Positions 47,046-55,982 of a DNA stretch of 64,000 nucleotides are shown in pieces. Below the pieces are notes generated by a model, which saw nothing but the letters and a program-made list of their open reading frames with translations, had not been told where the DNA came from and ran no database searches. This stretch comes from a virus, in the IMG/VR virus record IMGVR_UViG_3300032562_000014, positions 1 through 64,000 of that record, one strand, 5' to 3'. Positions within the stretch are counted from its first letter, which is position 1. Every line of letters starts with the position of its first letter. The translations under genes were made by a program, and so were the position numbers.

Positions 47046-48917
47046 ATGCAAGATACCCCAATCACCTCAGCATCGGACATACTCAGTTACCACGGAGATG
47101 CAGGACTTGCATCAGGTAGCGGCGCAGGTACATTACCTGTAATGCCGGATTATCAGCCTATGCTGTCAACTGTAGATAAGCTACAGGACGAGCAAGTTCA
47201 GAAAAGGAGAGAGGCGCGCTTACAGGCACAGAAAGACCTGCAGGACAGGGCGCAATTCATATCTCAGCTTACCAATAATGGTGGCAGTATCTTCAACATG
47301 AAGGGCAAGGATGGTTCCAATCAAAGCTATTCCATGCTCCCCGATGATCAGGAGGCACTTAACCAAAGCACACTCAGCAGGATACAGGCCGTAAATGCCA
47401 ACCCGGCAGGATACGCATTTGACCCGGCGATAGCTAAAATGACCATGGATCATAACAGGCTCATGGCCAATGCGCAGATGAGGGCCAGCTACGAAACACA
47501 GGCAAGGACAGCGGCGGCCAATACCATGGACCCGGAAGAGAAGGCAGGCTACCTGCAGAGCATAGACGACAATATCAACAAATACAAAGTAGGAGATTTT
47601 CACCAGATACAGCCCTATGTGCCGCCAATAAAGTACAGCGATGCTGACAGGTTGGACCTTGATGCGGTAAAAGACCCGAAGAACCTGGAAACAAAGCTCG
47701 ATGATGGCCACTTTGAAACGAAGATACCAAATGAAGGAGTAGTGGGCAATACCCTCAATCTTGTTCCCGGAGATAAAGCCTATCTCCCCAACATGGATAT
47801 GGCTGCTAAATTCCTGCGAAGCCCGCTTGCCCACAGTCAACCAGACCTGCTAAGGATGAAACAAGCGCAGGACACTTATAACGCCCTCAATCAATACCAG
47901 CCGGGCGACCCTAAGTATCGCGATGTAGTTGTCGTAGATCCAAATACGGGACAGGCCACGCTGAACATTACTGGCGATCCAAAAGTGGATGGCTTGAAGG
48001 TGGCAGATATGCTGAACATCGAAAAGTATGCACAGCCAAGGAAGGTAGCCAAGAAGTTTGAGGAAATTGAAAAACTGAAACAGGATGCCATAAAAAATCA
48101 GCGCGATCAGAATAAAGATGCAGAAGATAAAAGGGAGTTTGATATAAGTGAAGCGGATAAAAGAAATCCACCACCAAAGCCCCCTACTAAAGAAGAGTTG
48201 GTGGAAAACATGGATAAAAAAGCTGCTCAAAATGCTTATGACAAAGTGAAGAGTATCTTTAGCAGAGGTGTGAAAGAAGGGGTAAATTCGGATATACCTG
48301 ATGAAGTAAATGCAGGTGTAAGGTTCCCTGCATGGTGGAAGAATAATGGGTTAGATCCCAAAGAATACAACATACTACCTTACGATAATAAAGGCGCTGA
48401 AACACTTATAGGTAAAGAGGCTGATATTGAAGGGACAAAGGACGCAAATGGAAATACCTCTAAAACGCCAACTGGACAATCTGTAGTGCCATACAAGACG
48501 TACATGGTGCAAAATAAAAAAACAAAGCAAAAAGAACTTGTTTATGTCGATGCGCCTGTAGCGGATAAGAATAATGGGGAAAAAGATGAATTGGGTAGTG
48601 TAATTGCGCGCGTTAATGAAAAAGATGCCGTTGTTAATGAATTAAAGCACAATGCAGCCTATAAGCCTGAAATATATAACAGACAATCTACGTGGGCTGA
48701 ACTTTATGGCAATAACGGAGGTAAGTACCCGGATGCGGCGCCAGTGGCAAGTACACCCGCACCAACCACAACTGTAGCCCCTGAGAAAGCACCATCAATA
48801 CCTGCTGGATATACTGAGAAAACGAGCAAATCAGGTACTGTATATTACAGAACTCCGCAAGGTCAAAATATGGTATGGTCACATGGAGAATGGGTAGAAA
48901 TACCCGGTAAAAAATAA
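47046..48917 (+). CDS. Ejection (internal virion) protein
   Basis: 623 aa, helical; second gene of the ejection cluster; TAAGTTTG box at 47022..47029. Confidence 0.6.
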   Translation: MQDTPITSASDILSYHGDAGLASGSGAGTLPVMPDYQPMLSTVDKLQDEQVQKRREARLQAQKDLQDRAQFISQLTNNGGSIFNMKGKDGSNQSYSMLPDDQEALNQSTLSRIQAVNANPAGYAFDPAIAKMTMDHNRLMANAQMRASYETQARTAAANTMDPEEKAGYLQSIDDNINKYKVGDFHQIQPYVPPIKYSDADRLDLDAVKDPKNLETKLDDGHFETKIPNEGVVGNTLNLVPGDKAYLPNMDMAAKFLRSPLAHSQPDLLRMKQAQDTYNALNQYQPGDPKYRDVVVVDPNTGQATLNITGDPKVDGLKVADMLNIEKYAQPRKVAKKFEEIEKLKQDAIKNQRDQNKDAEDKREFDISEADKRNPPPKPPTKEELVENMDKKAAQNAYDKVKSIFSRGVKEGVNSDIPDEVNAGVRFPAWWKNNGLDPKEYNILPYDNKGAETLIGKEADIEGTKDANGNTSKTPTGQSVVPYKTYMVQNKKTKQKELVYVDAPVADKNNGEKDELGSVIARVNEKDAVVNELKHNAAYKPEIYNRQSTWAELYGNNGGKYPDAAPVASTPAPTTTVAPEKAPSIPAGYTEKTSKSGTVYYRTPQGQNMVWSHGEWVEIPGKK

Positions 48918-49031
48918 TAACTTTATGCACAAACAGCAACAATACATTCCGCAGGAATTAATTGATGATCTTTGGGATGACAATAATAAAGAACCTACAT
49001 TCATAAAAAGGATACTTAAAAAAGTAAAGGA

Positions 49032-52000
49032 ATGCCTGATAAGAAAAAGGAAATATCCCTCCAAGACATAGCGGCAGATATTAATGATAGCGATACCACA
49101 TCTGCTTCTGATGTGGAGAGCGCTTTAGGCAAGTATGTATCTGGTAATGCTAAATCATACGCAGTATCGCAATTAATACATGAAACAGGGAACCCGGAAT
49201 TAGACAGTGAGGTTTCAAGAAATAACAATAACTACAGCGGGATTACATGGAATAAAAACTTCCCAGATGAATGGAAGGGTACTCCAAGGCCGGATTCGGA
49301 AGGCGGTAATTACGTTAAATTCCCTACAGTAGACGACTGGGCAAGAGAGCACGCGAAATTATTAAAAAAAGATAAAGGCGCTGGTGCTCCAGCCGATGCG
49401 ACCTCAATAGAAGATTACGCTCATAGGTTGAAGGTTAATGGGTATTACAAGGACCCAGAGTCGGTATATGCTAAAAGCCTGAAAAGAATACAGGCACAAA
49501 GAGGAGAAAAAAACATAGCTGATGTAGCGGCGGACATCAATGATGATAGCGCTCCCGATGCCACACAACCAGCGCCGGCGGCTCCCGTTGCGCAGCAGAC
49601 CCCTCAACAAATAACCAATAGCGTATTTGGGACTCAGCTTGACGGCTCACCAATAGCAGGTGCAACACAAGTACCAGTCGCACCTACCGTTCCTGCACAG
49701 CCTGCCGCGCCGGCCAATAGCTGGGAAAACACAACAGGGCTAATATCAGATACTCCCGCGCCAGCAGGTGTATCTCAAGGAGTAAACGGTAATGCTAATA
49801 ACAGCAATCCAGCACCTGTTGCACCTCAATTATCACAGCAGGAAATACTCAATAAGACATTAGGTACGCAACTAAACGGTGTGCCAATAGCTACTGCGCC
49901 AGTAGAGAAAACTGCGCCAGAAAAGACGCAGGATGCGGTAGATTTCTTAGCCAAGGATGCCCTCCAATCAGGTGCAGTGCAACCCACAACAGATGCAGCC
50001 CACCCGGACAACGAATTAAACCAGTTAACCAATCCGCATGGCGACCCTGCTTACATAGCTAACTACAAGAATAACAGAATGAAGGCTATTAATACGGAAT
50101 ATCAGCAGCAGCTTTATGAACTACAGACAGACCCTGCAAGAAGTACAGATTTCAAGGAAAAGCAGGCTTTGGATGCGCAATTTGCCCAGAAGAAAAAAGA
50201 TTTGGAAGAAAATGCCGGGCATATAATAGGGCTGCAATTATTCAACCAGGAGTACGGCCAAAATAAGCCCATGGGGGCTACTGCCAATACAGCTACCGAT
50301 GCCATCCGTGGACGATATGAAAAAGATGCTAAGGGTATAGATAATCAGATAGCTGCAACCTATAAATCAGAGGCCCCTAACGGATCAGAGGCGGTTGAAT
50401 TGAGGAAGCAGTTGAATACTCAAAAGTTGGCCCTTACCACGCAGTATGATGCGGATATATCAAGAACAAAAGCTGGTGTAAAATATAATCCTATACAGTT
50501 GGGCGCAAAATACGCCGCTGCCATGGGTGATGAAACAGCAAAGGAAGACTTGAATAAATTGGAGCATGGACAGCCTATTGCTCCATCCAATCAGTATAAA
50601 TACAACCTGAGAGGTAACAGGATAATACAGGACGGTACCGACAATGCAGTTAACGAAAAAGCAAAGGAAGAAGGTGAGGCACATGCAGACCGTAGCGGCG
50701 ATCAGTTGTTTGAAAATAACAAGCCCTTCATTGTAAAAAATGCAGCAGATGTTGTGGCCAACGCAAAAGAGCAAGACCGCAACCCTATATCGAGTTTTCT
50801 TAGTTTCGTTACTCCGTCAAAAGTGATGCCCAACATCACGCGAGAGGAAATAGATAAGTATGGCCAGCAGGAAGGCATACCCGAAAATGCGCTGAATGAA
50901 CTTCGGCAAAACCCAAATTTAATCCCTAAGCCGGCCAGCGGGTTAGAATACCTCGCAAAGGGCGCATTGAATACCGCTGCCCCGATATTCCAGCGCTTAG
51001 TGTATCCGGCAATACAGGGTGTTGTAGGCGGCGAAGACCCTAACCAGCGCTTCCATTCAGGATGGGAGAATGAAAGTGGCCTCGGCGCCGCTATAGTAGG
51101 CAATACGCCAAGTTCGCAGAACTCATGGAGTAATATCCGTGGCGTAGGCAATCAGATGATGGAAACCATCGGTAACCTGGGGGTATTCGGCGGAGAAGTC
51201 GGCGGATTGGCAAAAGGCGGCGAGGCTTTAGGATTAGGTGAAAAGGCTTCTGAGAAACTTGCCAACTTCGGTGTTATGGCCTTCGATGGGTACAATGATG
51301 CGTACAATAAATCACTCGACATATTTGGCGACAAGCCAGAGGATGAAGGCAAGCGAAAACTGTATTCCACCGTTAACGGACTGATCACCGGCGCATTATT
51401 TTCTATCAGCCCTAAAGCGCAGATTGTAAAAAATGCGCTGGGCATGGAAAGCAAGAGTGCGGAAAGCCTGATAAAAGAAATACAGGCAAACAATGGCATG
51501 GAATTTCTGCAGACAAAGACCGGTAAAGAAGCGCTTGCATCAACGGTGCAGGAATTTGGTAAAGAGTACGGTGCGCAAATAAGTTTAGCCACCGCACAGA
51601 AAATATCAGAGGGCATAGTAGATGGTATTGCCGCGCCAGAAAGAAAGCAAAACATGCCGGGGGATGTGATGGATGCGGCTGGCGGTACGGCTATATCTAT
51701 GCTCCTGCCGTCTATTCTCGGTTCTTTGGGTCATACAACCCACGAGGCATCCTTAAATGCGGGGGCTATGTTTGAAATGGGTACTCATCCAGATCAATAT
51801 ATCTCTACTATAAGCAAGCAGTTACAAGATGGCAAGATAAGCCCGCAACAGGCCCAGGCTTCACATGATGCAATCCTTACCATGAAAAATGTGGTAAGCA
51901 ATACGCCTACAGAAAATAGCATAGGTGAGCAGCTTACACCCAACCAGGTTAAAGATTATTCTTACAGCCTGTTTCAGGAAAACATGCTCCAGAAGAAAAT

Positions 52001-55000
52001 CAAATCATTGGAAGATGGTGCAAAGATGGCAGGATTAGAAGTTGACCAGGCGCAACTTGCCCCGCTTAAAAAGAGAATATCGGAAGTGCAGAAAACGCGC
52101 GTAGATATTCTGTCTAAACCTGTGCCGAAGCCTGTAATTGTTCCGGACAAAGCCACAGAAGAAAAGCCCAATAGCGAACCGAACCCTGAACGGAGCGTCG
52201 CCAACCAAGCTGACCAGAGCGATGCGGCTGGCAACCAAGAAAAAAATAATGCCGAAAATGTAAATATTTCAGAAGAACCCATACCTTTATCTCCTGATAA
52301 TGCTATAGATAATAGTTTAACCCCAAAAACAACCAAAAATGAAAAAGACAGCAATGGGCCCGAAATCGGCCATGGGCAAGAAAGCGCTTCCATCGGGCGG
52401 AATGAAGGCGAAGGCCAAAGTGAAGACAATGCCAACAGTGAAGGGCGGAATGAAGCCGGGCGGCAAGATCGGGAACTAACCGAAACACCACCTACAGGAC
52501 AGGACGAGAGCGCTCAGGAACAGCCCGTTGTAAAACAGTCTGAAAGCGCCTCCTCCGGTTCTGAAACACCAGCAAAAAAGCCCCGGCAGAAGAAAGTATA
52601 TAAAGGGGATGCCGATACAATACCCGTAGTAGTAAATCCCGGTGTCGGTACGCAGGATCTCGGCCAAGCCAAAGGCAAGCCCGAAGAACACACCGCAGAA
52701 GCCATAAAGGAAGCTACCATAGAGCATCCCGATAAACCGGCAGATGTACTCGTTGCAGACCACCCGGAAGGAGAAAGTTTCAACGAAGCGAAAGACCGTT
52801 TCCATTCAGCAGTAGAAAGTATAGCCAAAGATGCGCCCGACAATTCAGTTGTGGTGACACACTCATGGGGCTTAAAACTGCTGGAAGCTGCACATAAAGT
52901 AGGGTGGGATCATCCAAACATAGCCGAAGAACACCAGAACGGTAGCACCGAGCCTGGCGACCTTGTTCCTTACAAAACAGAGGACGGGAAAATTATATGG
53001 TTTGCACGTCACGGAGAAACGGCAGACAACGAAAAAGACCTGCAGCGCACCAATGATACCAAGCTAACCGATAAGGGCCGCGAACAGGCTGCAAACATCG
53101 CAGCAGAGTTAAAAAAAAATGGCGTTACCCCTTCTCAAATAATTAGCAGTGACCTGCCGCGCGCAAAAGAAACAGCGGATATTATCTCCAAAGAATTTCC
53201 GAAAGAAAAACCTACCGAAGATGCCACTAAAATCAACGAGCAGCCACAGCAAGAAAGCGATAAACAAAGTGGTGAGCCAGAACATGCACGAATTGAGCCA
53301 AAAAGGGAGCAAGCCCCGCAGCCAGAAGCAAAAAATAGCGATAGCAATCAGCGCAGCCAAGCGCCGCAAGTAAAACCAAAACGTAAGGGTAGAAAAGGAT
53401 GGAGTCTTTCTGCGCAACTTAAAAGGCGCAGCGATGTATTATCTAATGAACCAAGGACTATAGAAGAGCACATCCTTCATACCATGCTTGCCATGGACGA
53501 TAAACATCCAGAAGATAAGTGGCGCTTCAAAGACGTTGAAAGGGACTTACCTAAAAATGCAAGAAACAGGGATGGAGCCAGTGCAGAAACAAAACGCATA
53601 GCCAAGCAATTTACCAGTGTTGATTCTAACATGGGTATTGATGAGTGGGCAGATGCCTTACATCGCGAAATAGAAGATGGTCACCATCCATTCGGGCTGA
53701 ATGGAATGGACAGTAAGGATATTGGGGATATGGTTAAAAGCCTTGTATCTCAATTCCCATCAAAAACCAATCTGTTGGAACATCTTGAAAACCTACATAA
53801 AGATGTAGAACCGGAAGACTTGTCTGACGAAGAGAAAGAATATAATGCCTCACATCAATTAGCCGAAGCAACACCGGAAAGAATAGAGGCATTAGGTAAG
53901 TCAAAATCAGAACTGGAGGAGCATTTGCATAATGAAATAGCCGATAAAAAAATAAGCGAATCGGATATATCTGCAATGGATAATTACCTATCTCACCTCC
54001 CTGTAGATGAATCTGGCATAACTAATCTTTCAAGCGTAGACCCTTTTTCAGATGAATACCAGAATATGATGAAAAACCTATCTCACGATGGGCAAGTATT
54101 TGTAAATAGGCTATTATTTGAAAGCGTTGCCGAGGATAAGGATGTTCCCAAAATAATAAAAGAAAAAGCACAACAAAATATAGAAAAAAATGAAAAACAA
54201 TCAGAACAACAACCTGTCGCATCTGCCGAAGGACATTCAGGAGATGAGCCCGAAAAGCCGGGTGAAAACGATGTTACACGCGCTGGTGACAGCGCGTATG
54301 GTGAACGGCCAGGTGTCGGAGAACGAGAAGAAGCAGCGCCAAAAGTTGCAGAACCAATCAAGCGAACCCCTGAGTTAGCCCTTAAAAGACATCAAGCACA
54401 CGAAAAGGCTGTAGGTGAACTTAATGATCTGCGTGATGAAAGATCAGAGATAGAGCAGCATTTATCAACAGAAGAAGCGAAGTCGCGCCCCAATATGGAT
54501 AAGCGAGCTGAACTGGAGCGGCAGCTTGATGCCAAAGACAAAGAGATTGCCGATAAGGTAAAAGAAGTAGACCGCAGAAAGCGTGAATTGGATATACAAC
54601 TTTCACATGAAAAAGGGGCTAAGAAAATTACCGATTTTATAGAAAAACAGCGCAAGGCAAATAAAGGTATGATGCTATCCTCTCCCGTACCCGGGGAAGT
54701 ATTTTACTCTATAATGGGTCATTTTGCCAAACTGTACAAAGAACTGGGCAATGTGAGGATAGCTGCGCTGCGTGCTGTAGAATGGGCAAAGGACCACTTC
54801 AAAAACGAAGAAGGCATAGAGAAATTGAACGCCAGGCATATTGAAGATGCCAGTAAGCATATTGCTACCCCGCTGGAGCATGAACCACTGATAAGAGATA
54901 AAGACGATTTAGAGTCTATAAGGGCTACTGTGCGCGAGATACAGGAAGGGGATGTTACAAAAGAAGAAGCTCATCAGGAAATAGATGAATCCCCGATAAG

Positions 55001-55982
55001 TGATAAAGCAAAAGCCAACCTTCATAATTACATAGACTGGCATACCGGAGGCGATACCGAAACGCAGGAGGAAGAACGCAGGGAAAGTAACAACAACACC
55101 CTCAATGATAAGAACTGGATAGACGAACACCAGTTAAGTCACTCTGGTGGTATCACCGAGTATATTTCTCATAAAACAGAGAAGGACATATACGGCGATG
55201 AAGCAGTAAAGTCAGCGCAAAAAGAATACGAGGCTACTAAGATATTTGAGGACCTGTCGCGCACCGGCCATGACTTGTTCAACCAGGCGCAAAAGAAATA
55301 TGCACCCAATGGTGAGCCGTTATCAGAGTGGGGAGGTAAATTCCTTGCAGACCTGAATAATGCAGACCTGCGCGGTAAAGATGCAGGAGCAAAGAAAGTG
55401 GTTGGCCTGGCTACGATGGCTGGTGAATTGCAGGGGGAAAGTAAAAGGCTGGAAATGGAGATGGCCGCAGAAAAAGATGTTGCTAAGAGAAACGACCTGT
55501 CTAACCAGAAGGCAAAGACCGATGAATTGCTGGGTAAAGTACAGAAATCACAAACGGACCTACTGCATGAAGCATCGCTTACGCTTAATGCCCGTAGAAT
55601 ATCCCGCATATTCAGGAACACACACCTGTACGAACTATATGAGAAAGCAATCCTGTCGGACAAGCAGCGCAAGGCAAAGGATAACATCAATGAAGCGCTG
55701 GACACAGGTAAAGTAGCCGACAAGGATATAGCGCCCGGCATAGCCCCTGCTGCAAAGCCCGAGAAGGAAGCACTGAAAGAAGAGGCGAAGGCATCAGAGG
55801 CGCGTAAAGCAAAAGAAAGTGATCAGCCTAAGAAAAAAGGCATCATCAAGCGCATAAAAGAGGCTGCAACCAAAGGTAAGAAAGCCAGTAAGGAAGAGAT
55901 AAGAAAAAACATCTTATCCAAAGAAGAAAAGGCTGCGCTGTTGAATGATATTCTCAAAGAGCAAAAGAAGACAAAATGCTAA
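49032..55982 (+). CDS. Giant ejection/polyvalent protein with N-terminal GH73-like muramidase and internal permuted histidine phosphatase
   Basis: SQLIHETG..NNNYSGI..YVKF..L...GYY.DP..Y at ~49150..49490; RHGET/SSDLPRA/VVVTH motifs at ~52620..53196. Confidence 0.8.
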   Translation: MPDKKKEISLQDIAADINDSDTTSASDVESALGKYVSGNAKSYAVSQLIHETGNPELDSEVSRNNNNYSGITWNKNFPDEWKGTPRPDSEGGNYVKFPTVDDWAREHAKLLKKDKGAGAPADATSIEDYAHRLKVNGYYKDPESVYAKSLKRIQAQRGEKNIADVAADINDDSAPDATQPAPAAPVAQQTPQQITNSVFGTQLDGSPIAGATQVPVAPTVPAQPAAPANSWENTTGLISDTPAPAGVSQGVNGNANNSNPAPVAPQLSQQEILNKTLGTQLNGVPIATAPVEKTAPEKTQDAVDFLAKDALQSGAVQPTTDAAHPDNELNQLTNPHGDPAYIANYKNNRMKAINTEYQQQLYELQTDPARSTDFKEKQALDAQFAQKKKDLEENAGHIIGLQLFNQEYGQNKPMGATANTATDAIRGRYEKDAKGIDNQIAATYKSEAPNGSEAVELRKQLNTQKLALTTQYDADISRTKAGVKYNPIQLGAKYAAAMGDETAKEDLNKLEHGQPIAPSNQYKYNLRGNRIIQDGTDNAVNEKAKEEGEAHADRSGDQLFENNKPFIVKNAADVVANAKEQDRNPISSFLSFVTPSKVMPNITREEIDKYGQQEGIPENALNELRQNPNLIPKPASGLEYLAKGALNTAAPIFQRLVYPAIQGVVGGEDPNQRFHSGWENESGLGAAIVGNTPSSQNSWSNIRGVGNQMMETIGNLGVFGGEVGGLAKGGEALGLGEKASEKLANFGVMAFDGYNDAYNKSLDIFGDKPEDEGKRKLYSTVNGLITGALFSISPKAQIVKNALGMESKSAESLIKEIQANNGMEFLQTKTGKEALASTVQEFGKEYGAQISLATAQKISEGIVDGIAAPERKQNMPGDVMDAAGGTAISMLLPSILGSLGHTTHEASLNAGAMFEMGTHPDQYISTISKQLQDGKISPQQAQASHDAILTMKNVVSNTPTENSIGEQLTPNQVKDYSYSLFQENMLQKKIKSLEDGAKMAGLEVDQAQLAPLKKRISEVQKTRVDILSKPVPKPVIVPDKATEEKPNSEPNPERSVANQADQSDAAGNQEKNNAENVNISEEPIPLSPDNAIDNSLTPKTTKNEKDSNGPEIGHGQESASIGRNEGEGQSEDNANSEGRNEAGRQDRELTETPPTGQDESAQEQPVVKQSESASSGSETPAKKPRQKKVYKGDADTIPVVVNPGVGTQDLGQAKGKPEEHTAEAIKEATIEHPDKPADVLVADHPEGESFNEAKDRFHSAVESIAKDAPDNSVVVTHSWGLKLLEAAHKVGWDHPNIAEEHQNGSTEPGDLVPYKTEDGKIIWFARHGETADNEKDLQRTNDTKLTDKGREQAANIAAELKKNGVTPSQIISSDLPRAKETADIISKEFPKEKPTEDATKINEQPQQESDKQSGEPEHARIEPKREQAPQPEAKNSDSNQRSQAPQVKPKRKGRKGWSLSAQLKRRSDVLSNEPRTIEEHILHTMLAMDDKHPEDKWRFKDVERDLPKNARNRDGASAETKRIAKQFTSVDSNMGIDEWADALHREIEDGHHPFGLNGMDSKDIGDMVKSLVSQFPSKTNLLEHLENLHKDVEPEDLSDEEKEYNASHQLAEATPERIEALGKSKSELEEHLHNEIADKKISESDISAMDNYLSHLPVDESGITNLSSVDPFSDEYQNMMKNLSHDGQVFVNRLLFESVAEDKDVPKIIKEKAQQNIEKNEKQSEQQPVASAEGHSGDEPEKPGENDVTRAGDSAYGERPGVGEREEAAPKVAEPIKRTPELALKRHQAHEKAVGELNDLRDERSEIEQHLSTEEAKSRPNMDKRAELERQLDAKDKEIADKVKEVDRRKRELDIQLSHEKGAKKITDFIEKQRKANKGMMLSSPVPGEVFYSIMGHFAKLYKELGNVRIAALRAVEWAKDHFKNEEGIEKLNARHIEDASKHIATPLEHEPLIRDKDDLESIRATVREIQEGDVTKEEAHQEIDESPISDKAKANLHNYIDWHTGGDTETQEEERRESNNNTLNDKNWIDEHQLSHSGGITEYISHKTEKDIYGDEAVKSAQKEYEATKIFEDLSRTGHDLFNQAQKKYAPNGEPLSEWGGKFLADLNNADLRGKDAGAKKVVGLATMAGELQGESKRLEMEMAAEKDVAKRNDLSNQKAKTDELLGKVQKSQTDLLHEASLTLNARRISRIFRNTHLYELYEKAILSDKQRKAKDNINEALDTGKVADKDIAPGIAPAAKPEKEALKEEAKASEARKAKESDQPKKKGIIKRIKEAATKGKKASKEEIRKNILSKEEKAALLNDILKEQKKTKC
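52163..52239 (+). repeat. Dispersed repeat, copy read in frame within the giant protein
   Basis: AAAGCCCAATAGCGAACCGAACCCTGAACGGAGCGTCGCCAAC..., encoding KPNSEPNPERSVANQADQSDAAGNQ. Confidence 0.65.

Noticed and set aside
48925-49071. 48-aa ORF between ejection genes (and a 35-aa ORF at 9293..9400)
   Set aside because: Both are short with no recognisable motif, and the first overlaps the next gene by 40 nt; evidence is insufficient.
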